Positions 46,035 through 60,589 of a stretch of DNA of 64,000 bases are shown in pieces. A model generated the notes under the pieces. The model ran no database searches, was not told where the DNA came from, and was given only the letters and a program-made list of their open reading frames with translations. Every line of letters begins with the position of its first letter. The stretch's first letter is position 1. The position numbers and the translations under genes were made by a program. This DNA comes from Octopus vulgaris (taxonomy: Eukaryota). The stretch lies in assembly GCA_951406725.2 (NCBI GenBank), contig OX597822.1, forward strand, positions 33,294,001 to 33,358,000, given 5' to 3'.

Positions 46035-46450
46035 AGACGCAGAAGTGGCTGTGTGGTAAGTAGCTTGTTTACCAACCACATGGTTCCGGGTTCAGTCCCA
46101 CTGCGTGGCACCTTGGGCAAGTGTCTTCTACTATAGTCTCGGGCCGACCAAAGCCTTGTGAGTGGATTTGGTAGACGGAAACTGAAAGAAGCTTGTCGTA
46201 TATATGTATATATATATATGCGTGTGTGTGTGTTTGTGCGTCTGTGTTTGTCCCCCTAGCATTGCTTGACAACTGATGCTGGTGTGTTTATGTCCCCGTT
46301 ACTTAGCGGTTCGGCAAAAGAGACTGATAGAATAAGTACTGGGCTTACAAAAGAATAAGTCCCAGGGTCGAGTTGCTCGATTAAAGGCGGTGCTCCAGCA
46401 TGGCCGCAGTCAAATGACTGAACCAAGTAAAACAGCAAGTAAAAAAGTAA
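46035..46450 (+). mobile_element. SINE family A, full length
   Basis: High identity to 9152-9576. Confidence 0.9.
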
Positions 46451-46689
46451 AGTGAAAGTATTATATAATAGGGATGAGCCATTAATAGTGGTCATCCTTT
46501 TTGCTAGAGGAAGATCCGCTATGGTCTTATATGCTACACCACTGGTTTTCAATTCATATTAATCAAATTAATATTCAATTTTTCACCCTTATTATGTGTG
46601 CGTGTGTGTGTATTAGCAATTCGTATAAAATTGCGTCAATGACTTGAACTTGAATAAGTGGTTTCACACAAATGGGGATAAATTAAAAA

Positions 46690-47000
46690 GGTTTGTTGTT
46701 ATTATTATTACTGTTTGTAATCACGTTTGTTGGTTCCTCGTCAGGGAAACGGTGTTGTGTTGCATTTGTTAAATAATTGTAAACCGTAACCCTCCCCCTT
46801 TCGGAGAAATGGCTTTGGTTATTGTTTAAAAATTGAATTGTGTCCCTGTTTGGGGAAATTGACAATATTTTCACCGTCTTTACGGAAGCACTTTTGTTAA
46901 AATGCCTTCGATAGAAGAAAGTCCAAAAGTGAATTTCGCTGCAGCCGTACACTTCTATACAAGAGGGAGGACAAGATCCAATTGATCGAAATTGCAAGAG
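46690..47000 (-). mobile_element. Penelope-like 3' fragment (endonuclease C-terminus plus HHR-like core)
   Basis: IEVYGCSEIHFWTFFY resembles the PLE HxxxCxxxxFxIFPFY tail; followed by CTGACGA gg aa cc aac AAACGT. Confidence 0.5.
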
Positions 47001-47464
47001 ACGGGCCTACAATTCCAGTCTGTTATATATTTTGAGTATTGTCATCACTGGCGATATCAAGATATAACTTTGATTTTGTATTTTATGTGTAGATGTATAT
47101 ATATAGATGTACATGTAATATGTATATATATATATACACATATATACATGCATAATATATCTACCCATACACACATACGCACACACACACACACACACAC
47201 ACATACATAGGGGCAGGTGTGGCTGTGTGGTAACAAACTACGTTCCAAACACATGGTCCTGGGTTCAGTCCCACTGTGTGGTGACTTGGCATGTGTCTTC
47301 TGCTGTAGCTTCAGACCAACAAAAGCCTTCTCAGTGGATTTTGTACATATATACAGGCATACATACATATATATATACATGCATTCGTACACATTCGGCA
47401 TAAACACTCTACCACTACAACTAATAACTGTTGGGAACACTTTCAAACCTGCCTTACTTTCGAA

Positions 47465-49148
47465 CCGGAATCTCAAAAACATTGTCCCCTTCAGCGCCAA
47501 GCTCTACTGCTCTATCCTGACATGGAGGGTATCAGCAATGAAATCTATAACAAAACACTCATTGACATTGAAGACAGAATTGCTAAACTGGGTGGAAATG
47601 AATTGTCGACGTATGGCCTGCCACAAGCATTCAGGTCAGGGTCAAATAGCCTTCCCACAGCTGTCATTCGTGAAACAACCTACGACACTCAAGCGCTTTC
47701 ACAGTACATTGTTGAAAATGAGCCTAAATTACTTCCGGACCAGCTGCAGGCCTACAGAACTATTCTTAACAGTGTACACCAACGCGAGGGACGAATCTTC
47801 TTCCTCGATGCTCCTGGAGGGACAGGAAAAACATTTATTACAAAGCTTCTCCTTGCAGAAGTTAGGTAGCATCAGGACATTGCAGTAGCTGTAGCCTCCT
47901 CTGGCATTGCAGCTACTTTGTTACCCGGTGGCAGGACAGCACACTCAACTTTTAAACTCCCTCTCAATTTAGCAGCATCCGAAATGCCTTCATGCAACAT
48001 CAACAAAAGCTCAGATCAGGGACAAGTACTTAAAATGTGTTATGTAATTGTCTGGGATGAGTGCACTATGGCTCCCAAGGGAGCTTTGGAAGCATTAGAT
48101 AGAGCCCTGAAAGACATCCGAGACTGTCAGGCTCCAATGGGATGTGTAACGCTTCTGTTGTCAGGTGATTTCAGGCAAACTCTTCCTGTCATTCCGAAAG
48201 GCACTAGAGCTGATGAAGTTCAATCATGTTACAATCTTTAGTCTCACCACTAACATGAGAGCTCAGCTACACGGCGACAAAATGTCCACAAAGTTTGCAC
48301 AGGACATTTTGACACTTGGTGAAGACAAGATGCCTCTCGATGCTGCAGGACAAATGGAAGTGTGGTCATTTTCCTCTGTTGTTATTTCTGTAGATGACTT
48401 CAAAAACAAAGTCTTTCCCAACTTCACACAAAACTACCAAAATCACAATTGGCTATGTGAAAGAGCAATATTAGCTCCAAAAAACGTCGCTGTTAACAAA
48501 ATTAATCTACAGCTAATGCATTCTCTTCCCGGCACTATACACACTTACAAGTCTGTTGATACAATTCCAGATATAAATGAAGTTGTGAACTATCCTCCTG
48601 AATTTCTCAATTCACTGGAGCTTTCTCGACTACCGCCACACATATTACCACTTAAAGTTGGAACTCCTGTAATGCTACTCCGCAATCTGGAACCACCAAG
48701 ACTTTGCAATGGAACACGACTGGTGATAAAGAAAATGATATCACACTTTATCGAGGCGATCATTCTTTCTGGATGTGGAAAAGGTGATAACGTCTTTATT
48801 CCAAGATTTCCTCTTACTCCATCAGGAGCAGAAATTCTATTTACATTCAGAAGACTGCAATTTCCCCTTCGTGTCAGCTTTGCCATGTCCATTAACAAAT
48901 CTCAGGGTCAAACCCTCTCTGTAGCTGGTCTTCTCTTGGAAGAGCCCTGCTTCTCGCATAGGCGACTGTATGTTGGCTGCTCAAGAGTAGGAACCAAAAG
49001 AAAAGTTTTTGTATATGCTCCACGAGGAAAAACAAGGAACATTGTTTACAACGAGGTGTTATAATCTCAACAGCCAGGAGGTATATACATGATCCCTTTT
49101 TTTAACAAACTTCATGTACTTTCATGTATTTATATTAATATACATTTA

Positions 49149-49187
<39 letters not shown>

Positions 49188-49261
49188 CCATATATATATA
49201 TAACAGAAAAGTCTAATTCTTCTATTGAATGCAACCGGGCAACGCCGGGTATCTCTGCTAG
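47465..49261 (+). mobile_element. 5'-truncated autonomous-type Helitron
   Basis: PIF1-like helicase ORF remnants; 3' ccgggcaacgccggg hairpin and CTAG|T at 49258-49262. Confidence 0.93.
47522..49064 (+). pseudogene. Helitron RepHel PIF1-family helicase domain, disrupted
   Basis: FFLDAPGGTGKT, ASSGIAATLLPGGRTAHS, IVWDEC, GDFRQTLPV, RAILAP, LCNGTRL, FAMSINKSQGQTL; stop at 47867-47869, deletion/frameshift near 48230. Confidence 0.95.
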
Positions 49262-49403
49262 TATATATATACAATTAATGGAGTCATTCTTGTTGCTTAT
49301 TTTGATTATAATCATCCCACGGATTTTTATGGATAACACCATACAAAATTCTGGTGCATCTAAATTAAGTACCATATTCAATTGAATCTAAATTTTTGCT
49401 GAA

Positions 49404-49464
<61 letters not shown>

Positions 49465-49606
49465 ATATATATATGTGTGTGTATATGTATGCATTGTATA
49501 TATATGTATACACGTGCTACTTAAATGAATATATATATAAAATTGAAAACCAAGAGCAGAATGGAGATTTATAAACATCCAAAACTTCTTTTATTAAAAG
49601 GTTTTC

Positions 49607-50252
49607 AGGTGCAGGAGTGGCTGTGTGGTAAGTAGCTTGCTTACCAACACCATGGTTCTGGGTTCATTCCCACTGCGTGGCACCTTGGGCAAGTGTCTTC
49701 TACTATAGCCTCGAGCCGACCAAAGCTTTGTGAGTGGATTTGGTAGACGGAAACTGAAAGAATCCCGTCGTATATATGTATTTATATGTATGTGTATTTA
49801 TATGTGTATATGTATACGTTTGTGTGTCTGTGTTTGTCCCCCCAATATCGCTTGACAACCGATAGAATAAGTACTAGGCTTCCAAAGAATAAGTCCTGGG
49901 ATCGATTTGCTCGACTAAAGTCGGTGCTCCAGCATGGCCACAGTCAAATGACTGAAACAAGTAAAGAGAGAGATATGTGTGTGTGTGTGTGTGTATTCTT
50001 TTATTATTTTACTTGTTTCAACCGTATGACTGGAGTACCACCTTAAATGGTTTTAGTGGAAGGGATCAACCCCAGGGCTTATTCTTAGCAAACCTAGTAT
50101 TTATTTTATCGGTCTGTATTCCTAAGCCGCTAAGTTACGGGGACACAAACACACCAGCATTGGTTGTCAAGCAGGGGAACCAACACAGACACAGACACAC
50201 GCATATATACATACATACTTATATAATATATTTGCGTATGTGTGTAAGTGTT

Positions 50253-50293
<41 letters not shown>

Positions 50294-50322
50294 ATATATA
50301 TATATATGTATATATATATGTA

Positions 50323-50384
<62 letters not shown>

Positions 50385-50544
50385 AATGACGGGATTCTTT
50401 CAGTTTTCTACCAAATCCTCTCACAAGGTTTTTGTCAGTCCGAGACTATAATAGAAGACACTTACCCAAGATGCCACGCACTGGAACTGAACCCGGGACC
50501 ATATTATTGGGAAGCCAGCTCCTTACCACATAGCCACACCTGTG

Positions 50545-50547
<3 letters not shown>
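49607..50547. mobile_element. Two family A SINEs tail-to-tail (49607-49968 plus, 49996-50547 minus)
   Basis: Both match the family A sequence. Confidence 0.85.
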
Positions 50548-50595
<48 letters not shown>

Positions 50596-51399
50596 TATGT
50601 TTTATTCTTGTCATCCATTTTTGCATGTGGGTGATGCCGAATTATAAGAAATATCAACTGATGAAATAACATGAAATATGTACTTATAGTCTGAATTATA
50701 TGTTCTTTTCAATATCAGTGTGTGTCCTATTAAATCATTGAGGAAATATTTGAAGTTGCTAGTTTTATGTATTGTAGCCAAGTAAACTGGCAGGATTAGA
50801 ACACACCATTTCCAGGCAACACACCAGTTTTATTTTATTATTTTTTTTATTCAATCATCTCATTTCACTCAAACAATTAATAGAGTTGACAGTAAACTAT
50901 CAGTAAACTTAGACAAGATAATGCAATGCAAACATTTATAATAGGGAATAAGCTAGGGAATACAAACTAGATATTGTGATGAAAAACCTAATTGTGAAAA
51001 ATAAATCTATAATAGGTAACAAAAATAAAAGAAAACTTGATGACCGATGCATTCATAGAGAGATGTGTTTTATCTAGATTTGTAGCAAATGCTTAGCTCT
51101 AAGGTAAATAGCTACTAACTTGATTACGAATATGGTCCTGAAATATAAAGCATTTCCGTCGATTTATACACGCAAAATTAAGATTCTATAGATGGTAGCC
51201 TACACAATTTAATAGAGAGCTATAAACACTTTGCACTAACATGCAACATTTTAGCCCCCTAGCTAAATGCGACATCAGCTGCCTCTCAATCACTGTTTAA
51301 CTATATCACTTAGCGCCCGGATTTTACTTAACCTGTGGTACCAGTGGATATTTGCTACTGACAAAGCTCAAAGATGCAGAAATACGTATTAAGCAACAC

Positions 51400-51760
51400 C
51401 GCCTCCGCTGCTCGGTGATTTTTGCCAGCTATTTATATATTTCTGTGTTTTTCAACACGTCTATAAAACGAGTAGTGAAGTTTAGCAGGCTTTCAACAAC
51501 GTATCAGCTGCAAGCATAGTTTACAGATTGCTATTAAAATTATATATTTCCTCAATGCTATTCATCAGTTTGTGTATACCGCATACAGTGCCTTCAGTTC
51601 TTCCACATAAAGCCTGCATCTAATTCCGATAAGTGAATATAGTCCACTAGATGTATGCGCCTTTGCTAGCAATATGCTAGCCATTGGCACTCTAGCACTC
51701 TTTCTTGTAGGCTGATAATCAATCATCTTAATTAGTTGTAACTCTGCTGTTAGCAGGTGG
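51400..51760 (-). mobile_element. Possible APE-type LINE endonuclease relic
   Basis: LLTAELQLIK..IISLQE and a later EEIYNF segment resemble ELxxxxIDIxxLQE and ExFY motifs; very degenerate. Confidence 0.3.
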
Positions 51761-51965
51761 TCTGTTATAACAAAATTATTTGAAATAGCATCTAAAGAGA
51801 ATTTAAGATTAGCTGTTTAAATTAATCGTTTCTGATACTTCAAGCATATAGGTTAATATTAGTGATCTTTGCCGTTCTTAAATTCACAAAGCATACTACT
51901 TTAACTATAATATTGCACAAATTATATTGGAAACAATTTCCGATGATATTTGGGTTGGAGGTTTT

Positions 51966-52332
51966 CTCTATAGCCATGAGCCGACCAAAGCCTTGTGAGT
52001 GGATTCGGTAGACGGAAACTGAAAAGACGCCCGTCGTATATGTGTTTATGTATATATGTGTGTGTGTGTGTGAGTTTGTGTGTCTGTATTTGTCCCACCA
52101 ACATCGCCTGACAACCGATGCTGGTGTGTTTACGTCCCCGTAACTTAGCGGTTCGGCAAAAGAGACCGATAGAATAAGTACTAGGCTTACAAAGAATAAG
52201 TCCTGGGGGTCGATTTGCTCGACTAAAGGCGGTGTTCCAGCATGGACACAGTCAAATGACTCAAACAAGTAATAGAGTAAAAGTGTAGGGAGCTGGTGGA
52301 ATCGTTAGCACACCAAGAAAAATGGCTAACAT

Positions 52333-52379
<47 letters not shown>

Positions 52380-52575
52380 CTGTGTTTTTCCCCCCAACAT
52401 CGCTTGACAACCGATGCTGGTGTGTTTACGTCCTCGTAATTTAGATGTTCGGCAAAAGAGACCGATAGAATAAGTACTAGGTTTACAAAGAATAAGTCCT
52501 GGGGGTCGATTTGTTCGACTAAAGGCGGTGCTCCAGCATGACCACAGTCAAGTGACTGGAACAAGTAAAAGAGTA
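51966..52575 (+). mobile_element. Two 5'-truncated family A SINEs
   Basis: 51966-52282 and 52356-52575. Confidence 0.85.
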
Positions 52576-52847
52576 AGACATCTTTCATAAACGAGGATAG
52601 GCGTATAGGAGTACCAGAACTGTAAGAAAGCAACAGACCATATGCAGGAGAATAATTAGAAATATAAAGCACTTAGACAAGATAATGCCATGCAAACATT
52701 TATAATAGGGAATAAGCAAGGGAATACAAACTAGTCCTTGTGATGAAAAACCTAATTGTGAAAAATAAATCTATAATAGGTAACAAATATAAAAGAAAAC
52801 TTGATGACCGATGCATTCATAGAGAGATGTGTTTTATCTAGATTTGT

Positions 52848-53230
52848 GTGGAGGCGCAATGGCCTAGTGGTTAGGGCAGCGGACTCGCGGTCGTAGGATC
52901 GCGGTTTCGATTCCCAGACCGGGCGTTGTGAGTGTTTATTGAACGAAAACACCTAAAGCTCCACGAGGCTCCGGCAGGGGATGGTGGTGATCCCTGCTGT
53001 ACTCTTTCACCACAACTTTCTCTCACTCTTTCTTCCTGTTTCTGTTGTATCTGTATTTCAAAGGGCCGGCCTTGTCACTCTCTGTGCCACGCTGAATATC
53101 CCCGAGAACTACGTTAAGGGTACACGTGTCTGTGGAGTGCTCAACCACTTACACGTTAATTTCACGAGCAGGCTGTTCCGTTGATCGGATCAGCCGGAAC
53201 CCTCGTCGTCGTAACCGACGGAGTGCTTCC
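52848..53230 (+). mobile_element. SINE family C, tail variant 1, with 12-bp TSD
   Basis: TSD atctagatttgt at 52836-52847 and 53231-53242; A box tggcctagtgg, B box ggtttcgattcc. Confidence 0.95.
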
Positions 53231-53706
53231 ATCTAGATTTGTAGCAAAGGCTTAGCTATTCTAATTAACGCTCTAAGGTAAATAGCAACTAACTTGATTA
53301 CGAATACGGTCCTGAAATATGAAACATTTCCGTCGATTTATAGACGCGAAATTAAGATTCTATAGATGTTAGCATACACAATGTAATAGAGAGCTATAAA
53401 CACTTTGCGCGAACATGCAATATTTTCGCAGACAGAAAGAGAAGAATGACCTGGATTAGTTTCCGTCATGCGTTGAGATTTCATCAGTTATCGACTTCTC
53501 CTTTAATTGTTAATGGAGACACGCCTTCTAAACTCACTATTAATATAGACTTAAATAAATCGGAGACGCTGATTGGAATTTATGACTCATTTTCGACAGC
53601 TGCTTCGATTGATAAATCACTGTCAATTTAACAGTGTAGTGTTTACCATGTTCACATGTACTAATACGCGTGCATATGTGACTAGGTGGATGAGAACACG
53701 TATGTA

Positions 53707-54185
53707 AGGCAGCGAGCTGGCAGAATCGTTAGCACGCCGGGCGAAATGCGTAGCCGTATTTCGTCTGCCGCTACGTTCTGAGTTCAAATTCCACCGAGGT
53801 CGACTTTGCCTTTCATCCTTTCGGGGTCGATTAAATAAGTACCAGTTACGCACCGGGGTCGATATAATCGACTTAATATGTCTGTCTGTCCTTATTTGTC
53901 TCCTCTGTGTTTAGCCCCTTGTGGGTAGTAAAGAAATAAGTATTTCGTCTGTCTTTATGCTCTGAGTTCAAATTCCGCTGAGGGCGACTTTGCCTTTCAT
54001 CATCTCGAGGTCAATTAAATAAGTACCAGTTGCGCACTTGGGTCGATATAATCGACTTAATCCGTTTGTTAGTCCTTGTTTGTTCCCTCTGTGTGTAAGC
54101 CCCTTGTGGATCGACTTTTCGGGGTCGATAAAGTAAGTACTAGTTGCGTACTGGGTTCGATCTAATCGACTGGCCCCCTCCCCAA
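53707..54185 (+). mobile_element. SINE family B multimer (three partial units)
   Basis: Core repeated near 53760, 53940 and 54110. Confidence 0.88.
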
Positions 54186-54200
54186 ATATATATATATATA

Positions 54201-55035
<835 letters not shown>

Positions 55036-55589
55036 ATAATAATATATAATAGAGTCCTGAGACTATTTCCTTTTCTTATTTGGCGATGGCTTCAATTATC
55101 GTCAAGCAACTTTTTTTGTTTGCTTCTCTGGAAGCTGACGTGGTTTCAGTAAATTAATTATTTCTTTTATCTCTTTTAAGATATTTAATATATCTCTATT
55201 CGTCATTGTTGTCCAAATATATAGCACTGGGCCACTCTAAGTGATGCTCTTATGGTACATTTTCGTTTCCTCCATGCAAAGCACGCGAGCTATCATTGCA
55301 TTTTATCCTTTTATATATTTATATCTAAGTATCTCATTCTGCTGGAAACAAGGTAACGCAATTACTGTGCTAAGGCAGAACCATGTATCCACAATTGTTT
55401 TTTCCCCATACAATCAGATTGTTTATCCTCAATGGTGTATTGATTTTAAAGAATTCTTAAGAATATCGCTCTCCCTTTCTTATTTGGATATTGTCCAACA
55501 TACCGCCAATCAATTGTTTTAATTTCTCTCGAAGCAGACATAATTTCAATAAACAAGAACTTATTTTATATGGTATATAATAATCATTT

Positions 55590-55980
55590 CTATAATAGGC
55601 ACGAGGCCTGAAATTTGGGTAGGGGGTTAAGCGATTGCATCGACTGCAGTATTCAACTGGTACTTAATTTATCGACCCCGAAAGGATGAAAGGCAAAATC
55701 GACCTCGGCGGAATTTGAACTCAGATGGTAACGGCAGACGGAATACCTATTTCTTTACTACCCACAAGAGGCTAAATACAGAGAGGACAAACAAAGATAG
55801 ACAAACGGATTAAGTCGATTACATCGACCCCAGTGCGTAACTGGTACTTAATTTATCGATTCCGAAAGGATAAAAGGCAAAGTCGACCTCGGCGGAATTT
55901 GAACTCAGAGCGTAACGGCAGACGAAATACCGCTAAGCACTTTGCCCGACGTGCTAATGTTTCTGCCAGCTCGCCGCCTT
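55590..55980 (-). mobile_element. SINE family B dimer
   Basis: Head-core-tail1-core-tail2. Confidence 0.88.
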
Positions 55981-56003
55981 AATATATGGTATCTAATAAT
56001 GTT

Positions 56004-56495
56004 GTGGAGGCGCAATGGCCCAGTTGTTAGGGCAGTGGACTCGCGGTCGTAGGATTGCGGTTTCGATTCCCAGACCGGGCATTGTGAGTGTTTATTGAAC
56101 GAAAACACCTAAAGCTCCACGAGGCTCCAGCAGGGGGTGATGGTGAACCCTGCTGTACTCTTTCACCATAACTTTCTCTCACTCTTTCTCCCTGTTTCTG
56201 TTGTACCTGTATTTCAAAAGGCCAGCCTTGTCACACTCTGTGTCACGCTGAATCTCCCCGAGAACTACGTTAAGAGTACACGTGTCTGTGGAGTGCTCAG
56301 CCACTTGCACGTTAATAAATGAGCTGCGATGTCACTGGTGCCAAGCTGTATCGTCGTTTGCCTTTCCCTTGGATAACATCGGTGGCGTTGTATACGTGGG
56401 CGACTGCTGATCTTTCATAAAACAACCTTGCCTCGGAAGGTAATTTTGTAACTTTCTAGGTGCAATCCCATGGTTATTCATGACCGAAGGAGTTC
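56004..56495 (+). mobile_element. SINE family C fused to the tail seen at 39070-39280
   Basis: Family C sequence to 56313, then gtcactggtgccaagctgtatcg... Confidence 0.8.
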
Positions 56496-58050
56496 GCAAT
56501 AATGCCGCATTTGTCTTTGTTATTCAAATGCATGATATTGGCCCCTCTGAGCTATTTCCCTTATTTATTTTTGCTTTGTGTGGGAAGGGGTAGTACATGC
56601 GTGCTTGTGTATTACTATTCTTTTCTCAAGAGTTTTTAAAACCGTAGACTTGTTGAATTGTTGGAGCATCAGACTCGCATTTTATTCTTCTGGAGTCGAT
56701 AAAATAAAATTCTAGTCAATAACTGGTTTGATGTAATTGCCTTTAACCTCCCCAGAAATAACTGACATCGTTCATTTAATGTCATATTCCACCATATGTT
56801 TGTAGGTGACACTGGATTAACCATTACGCAAAATATGTACGTGCGTATGGCATCAAATCATAAATGGTTTACGGTACAAAAGAAATCAATTTAAACTCGC
56901 TAAGATAATATTCAAGATGCTTTATTTCTACTAAGTATGGAAGTATATGTATTATGTAAGATTAATTTTGAGGATTTCATCAAAGACTTTGCAATTAAAA
57001 AAGATGTAGGAGAGAACTTTTCAAATATAAATAAAATTCAAGTACACAAAAATAAACATTATTTTCTATCTCAACGTTAGTTTTCCATTTTTAAAAAAAT
57101 CTATTTTATGGTTTAGTGTGGTTTACATTTTAAATTACATATATATATGGGGGAACCAAAATCTTTTATGTGCTTAGGGCTTCTATGGATCTTAATTCAA
57201 CCCTGGATAAAAGTTAATGGCAAACTAGAATAGATTTTAACAGAGAACATGTAGGTTTAGAACTAAAAATTAGGGAATACTTCCTTCTGTACTCAACCAT
57301 TGCTGCCTGTATAACACCGCTTTGTTATCTTACCATTAAGAATTCATATCAATAGCAAAAACAGCCGGAGTAATTTTCTTTGTAGTTAGAAGTGAAGCTT
57401 TGCACATTGACTTTAAAACCTGTCACGATCAACTTCTTTTCTTATTATTCAAAAGTTAGCAAATCAACAAAAGTTAATTCTTTTTTTCAGTTGCTCTCAC
57501 CTTTTCCCTCTTTCTCCCTTCTCTCATACTATCTCCTCCTTCCTCTCCCCTCTACTTCTTCTCTCCCTTTTCTCTCTATCTGTCTGTCTATCTATCTCTT
57601 TTACGTTGCGTCGTAATAAAGGCTTGAGAGACACACTCCTCACGGCATGCTTTTTCTCCAGAAATGAAGAGGCGGTGGACATGTTATAAGCAACATATTA
57701 CAAAACAAATATATATAGTAATATACAGAAGAGATCGGAACAGAAAACAAAGTAGAGCATGCGGAAGAGGGTTGCTATATATTCAATGCATTCAGTTTTT
57801 GATTGGCATTTAATTTATCCATCCCAGAAGAATGACGGATAAGTTCAACTTTAGCTGAATTTGAACTCGGAATGGACACAAACAAAACGAAGTTCTATAA
57901 GGTAAGCATAATCCCCATCCTTTTTAGCAACTTTGCTGTCGGGAAATCTATGGAATAAAAATCATTGGGTGGAATCCGAAAACGGAAGAATTATTCATGG
58001 ATAGTCTTGATTTAAGAATTTATCCACTAGTGTGTTAGTAGAAGGGGGTC

Positions 58051-58431
58051 GGAGACACAATGGCCTAGTGGTTAGGGCAGCGGACTCGCAGTCGTAGGAT
58101 CGCGGTTTCGATTCCCAGACCGGGCGTTGTGAGTGTTTATTGAGCGAAAACACCTAAAAATCCACGAGGCTCCGGCAGGGGATGGTGGTGATCCCTGCTG
58201 TACTCTTTCACCACAACTTTCTCTCACTCTTACTTCCTGTTTCTGTTGTACCTGTATTTCAAAGGGCCGGCCTTGTCACTCTCTGTGTCACGCTAAATAT
58301 CCCCGAGAACTGCGTTAAGAGTACACGTGTCTGTTGAGTGCTCAGCCACTTACACGTTAATTTCACGAGCAGGCTGTTCCGTTGATCGGATCAACCGGAA
58401 CCCTTGTCGTCGTAACCGACGGAGTGCTTCC
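58051..58431 (+). mobile_element. SINE family C, tail variant 1
   Basis: Near-identical to 52848-53230. Confidence 0.92.
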
Positions 58432-58876
58432 TTCCTTCACAATAACTACATTCTTACCAGGCTGAAACGATGATTCTCTTTTCAGTAATGACATTTGGTT
58501 GTTTTTTTCTTTATAATTTAGTAGAGCTTTGTTTACGTCCCTCTTAGATTCTCAGTTCAAATCCTGCTATGGTCATAGCAAGCCTTTTTTCTTTTGGCCC
58601 CAACAGAATGCGTTTTCAGTCGTGCCATGGATGCTGGTTCTGCTAAATATCCACAACGTTACCATTAAATATCTCACCTCACGGCAAAGTTAAAAGTCAT
58701 TTTTTTTTCAATTATGGCACTCACAGTGTCATGTTTTTTTCTCCGCGTACAACATCTTACTACAAACAACTGTTCTGAGATACGTTTGAAGAATTTCTCG
58801 AGATTTGAAACAACGTGTATAAGCACTGTATAATCATATCAAACTGACGATTTCCTTAATTATATTGGCTTGTTCG

Positions 58877-59287
58877 GGGCGGCGAGCTGGCAGAAGCGTT
58901 AGCGCGCCAGGCGAAATGCTTAGCGGTATTTCGTCTGTCGTTACGTTGTGAGTTCAAATTCCGCCGGGGTCGACTTTGCCTTTCCCCCTTTCGGGGTCGA
59001 TAAATTAAGTACCAGTTACGAACTGGGGTCGATGTAATCGACTTAATACCTATGTCTGTCCTTGTTTGTTCCCTCTGTGTTTAGCCCCTTGTGGGTAATA
59101 AAGAAATAGGTATTTCGTCTGTCGTTACGTTCTGAGTTCAAATTCCGCCGAGGTCGACTTTGCCTTTCATCCTCTCAGGGTCGATAAGTAAAGTACCAGT
59201 TTCGCACTGGGTCGATGTAATCGACTTAATCATTTTGTCCTTGTTTGTCCCCTCTATGTTTAGCCCCTTGTGGGTAGTAAAGAAATA
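58877..59287 (+). mobile_element. SINE family B dimer
   Basis: Head-core-tail1-core-tail1. Confidence 0.9.
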
Positions 59288-60295
59288 TATATATATATAA
59301 AAAAGAAATATATATTGGCTTGTTCTGTTGTACGATTGAACTTTCAAGGGTCATAACTATGATGTATTATAATGTTACTTCCCTTTACAACATCTTCTCT
59401 CGATAAATGTGTGTGCGTGCGTGCGTGTGTGTGTGTGTGGACGTATGTATGTATGTATGCATATGTGCATATGTATGTATTACTATGTTGTAACTACGTT
59501 GCGAGTGAAATTATTTATCTGTTAGTTGTTATCGACATATACAATTATACCTAAATCAGCAATCGTAGATCAAATTTCCCATCAAATGCCTACTATATGT
59601 CGCATGTGCGTTTTTTCGTTCAAACACAATAACCAGATAATGCATTTTTTTTAATCGTTGAGTGTATATATTTTAGATCGTATTATTTTACGCAAATATT
59701 TTCATCGTTTGTATGGCAAAATAGCGGATCATAAGTTACATAAAATGCTAAGTACCAAATTATTGTGAATGATGTATCATAAATTTATTGAGCAATAATA
59801 TCGGAAACTGCATTGAATATCCCGTATTATTTATTGTATTCTATTTTATATGTTTATGCTATAAGTGTTTACTCCTTCAGTCCAACACGGGAAGAGTCGT
59901 AGAAGGAGAAACAATCTCTAAACACAGATTTGTTATGCTATTAAATCTCTTACCACTATTTTCTTTGAAACAATGCATCGTATTCTTTGTTTTTTTTTTT
60001 TTTTTTTTTTTCTTCCTAAAGTTAAAAATAAACTGAATACTAGGGCCTATAAAAGTAGTTCGTGTTTATGGGGTTGACAAAATGGTTACCGCTTGAGTGA
60101 CGGATTCAATGTAATTGACTGTCCCCTTTCCTTTAAATTTAGAGAAAAGATTATTTACTAATCTGGTGAGAGTGATCTCCCTTACCATTTGACAGTTTAA
60201 GGGAGATAACTCTAAATGAGCAAAGCTTAATTGAAAGTAACTTATATTCAGGTTCAAACACACTTTCACACACACGCGCACGCAAACACACATGA

Positions 60296-60335
<40 letters not shown>

Positions 60336-60390
60336 CGGGGGTTATGTGTGGCTGTTCTCCAGGGCACATTTGAAAATCTTGTTTTCTTAC

Positions 60391-60507
60391 CATCAAGAGT
60401 AAAATAAATCTCAAACACTCGGTCCTTTAGCGTGCAATGGAGGTCAGATACGTGGTAATTGCAGACTACCAGAGCGTCAAGAATGACTCCAACATTCACA
60501 GGATATG
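60391..60507 (-). other. Candidate 117-nt spliced exon (open in phase 1-1 only)
   Basis: Acceptor ttttcataaatttttag, donor G|gtaaga; YPVNVGVILDALVVCNYHVSDLHCTLKDRVFEIYFTLD; no recognised homology. Confidence 0.3.
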
Positions 60508-60589
60508 CTAAAAATTTATGAAAACGCTTTTAATCTTTCTCTCACATGGCCAACAATTACTTTCATTATCATTTATTCCAGTTCATATA

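Larger units (their letters stand above)
50907..53426. repeat. Local direct duplication: 50907-51252 equals 52671-52847 plus 53243-53426
   Basis: Collinear ~345-bp match; second copy interrupted by a SINE. Confidence 0.92.

Noticed and set aside
47522-49064. Host PIF1 gene
   Set aside because: Intronless, disrupted, and terminated by a Helitron hairpin and CTAG
53443-53490. Minus-strand CTGATGA...GAAAC...GTC hammerhead-like string
   Set aside because: Stems I, II and III do not pair convincingly
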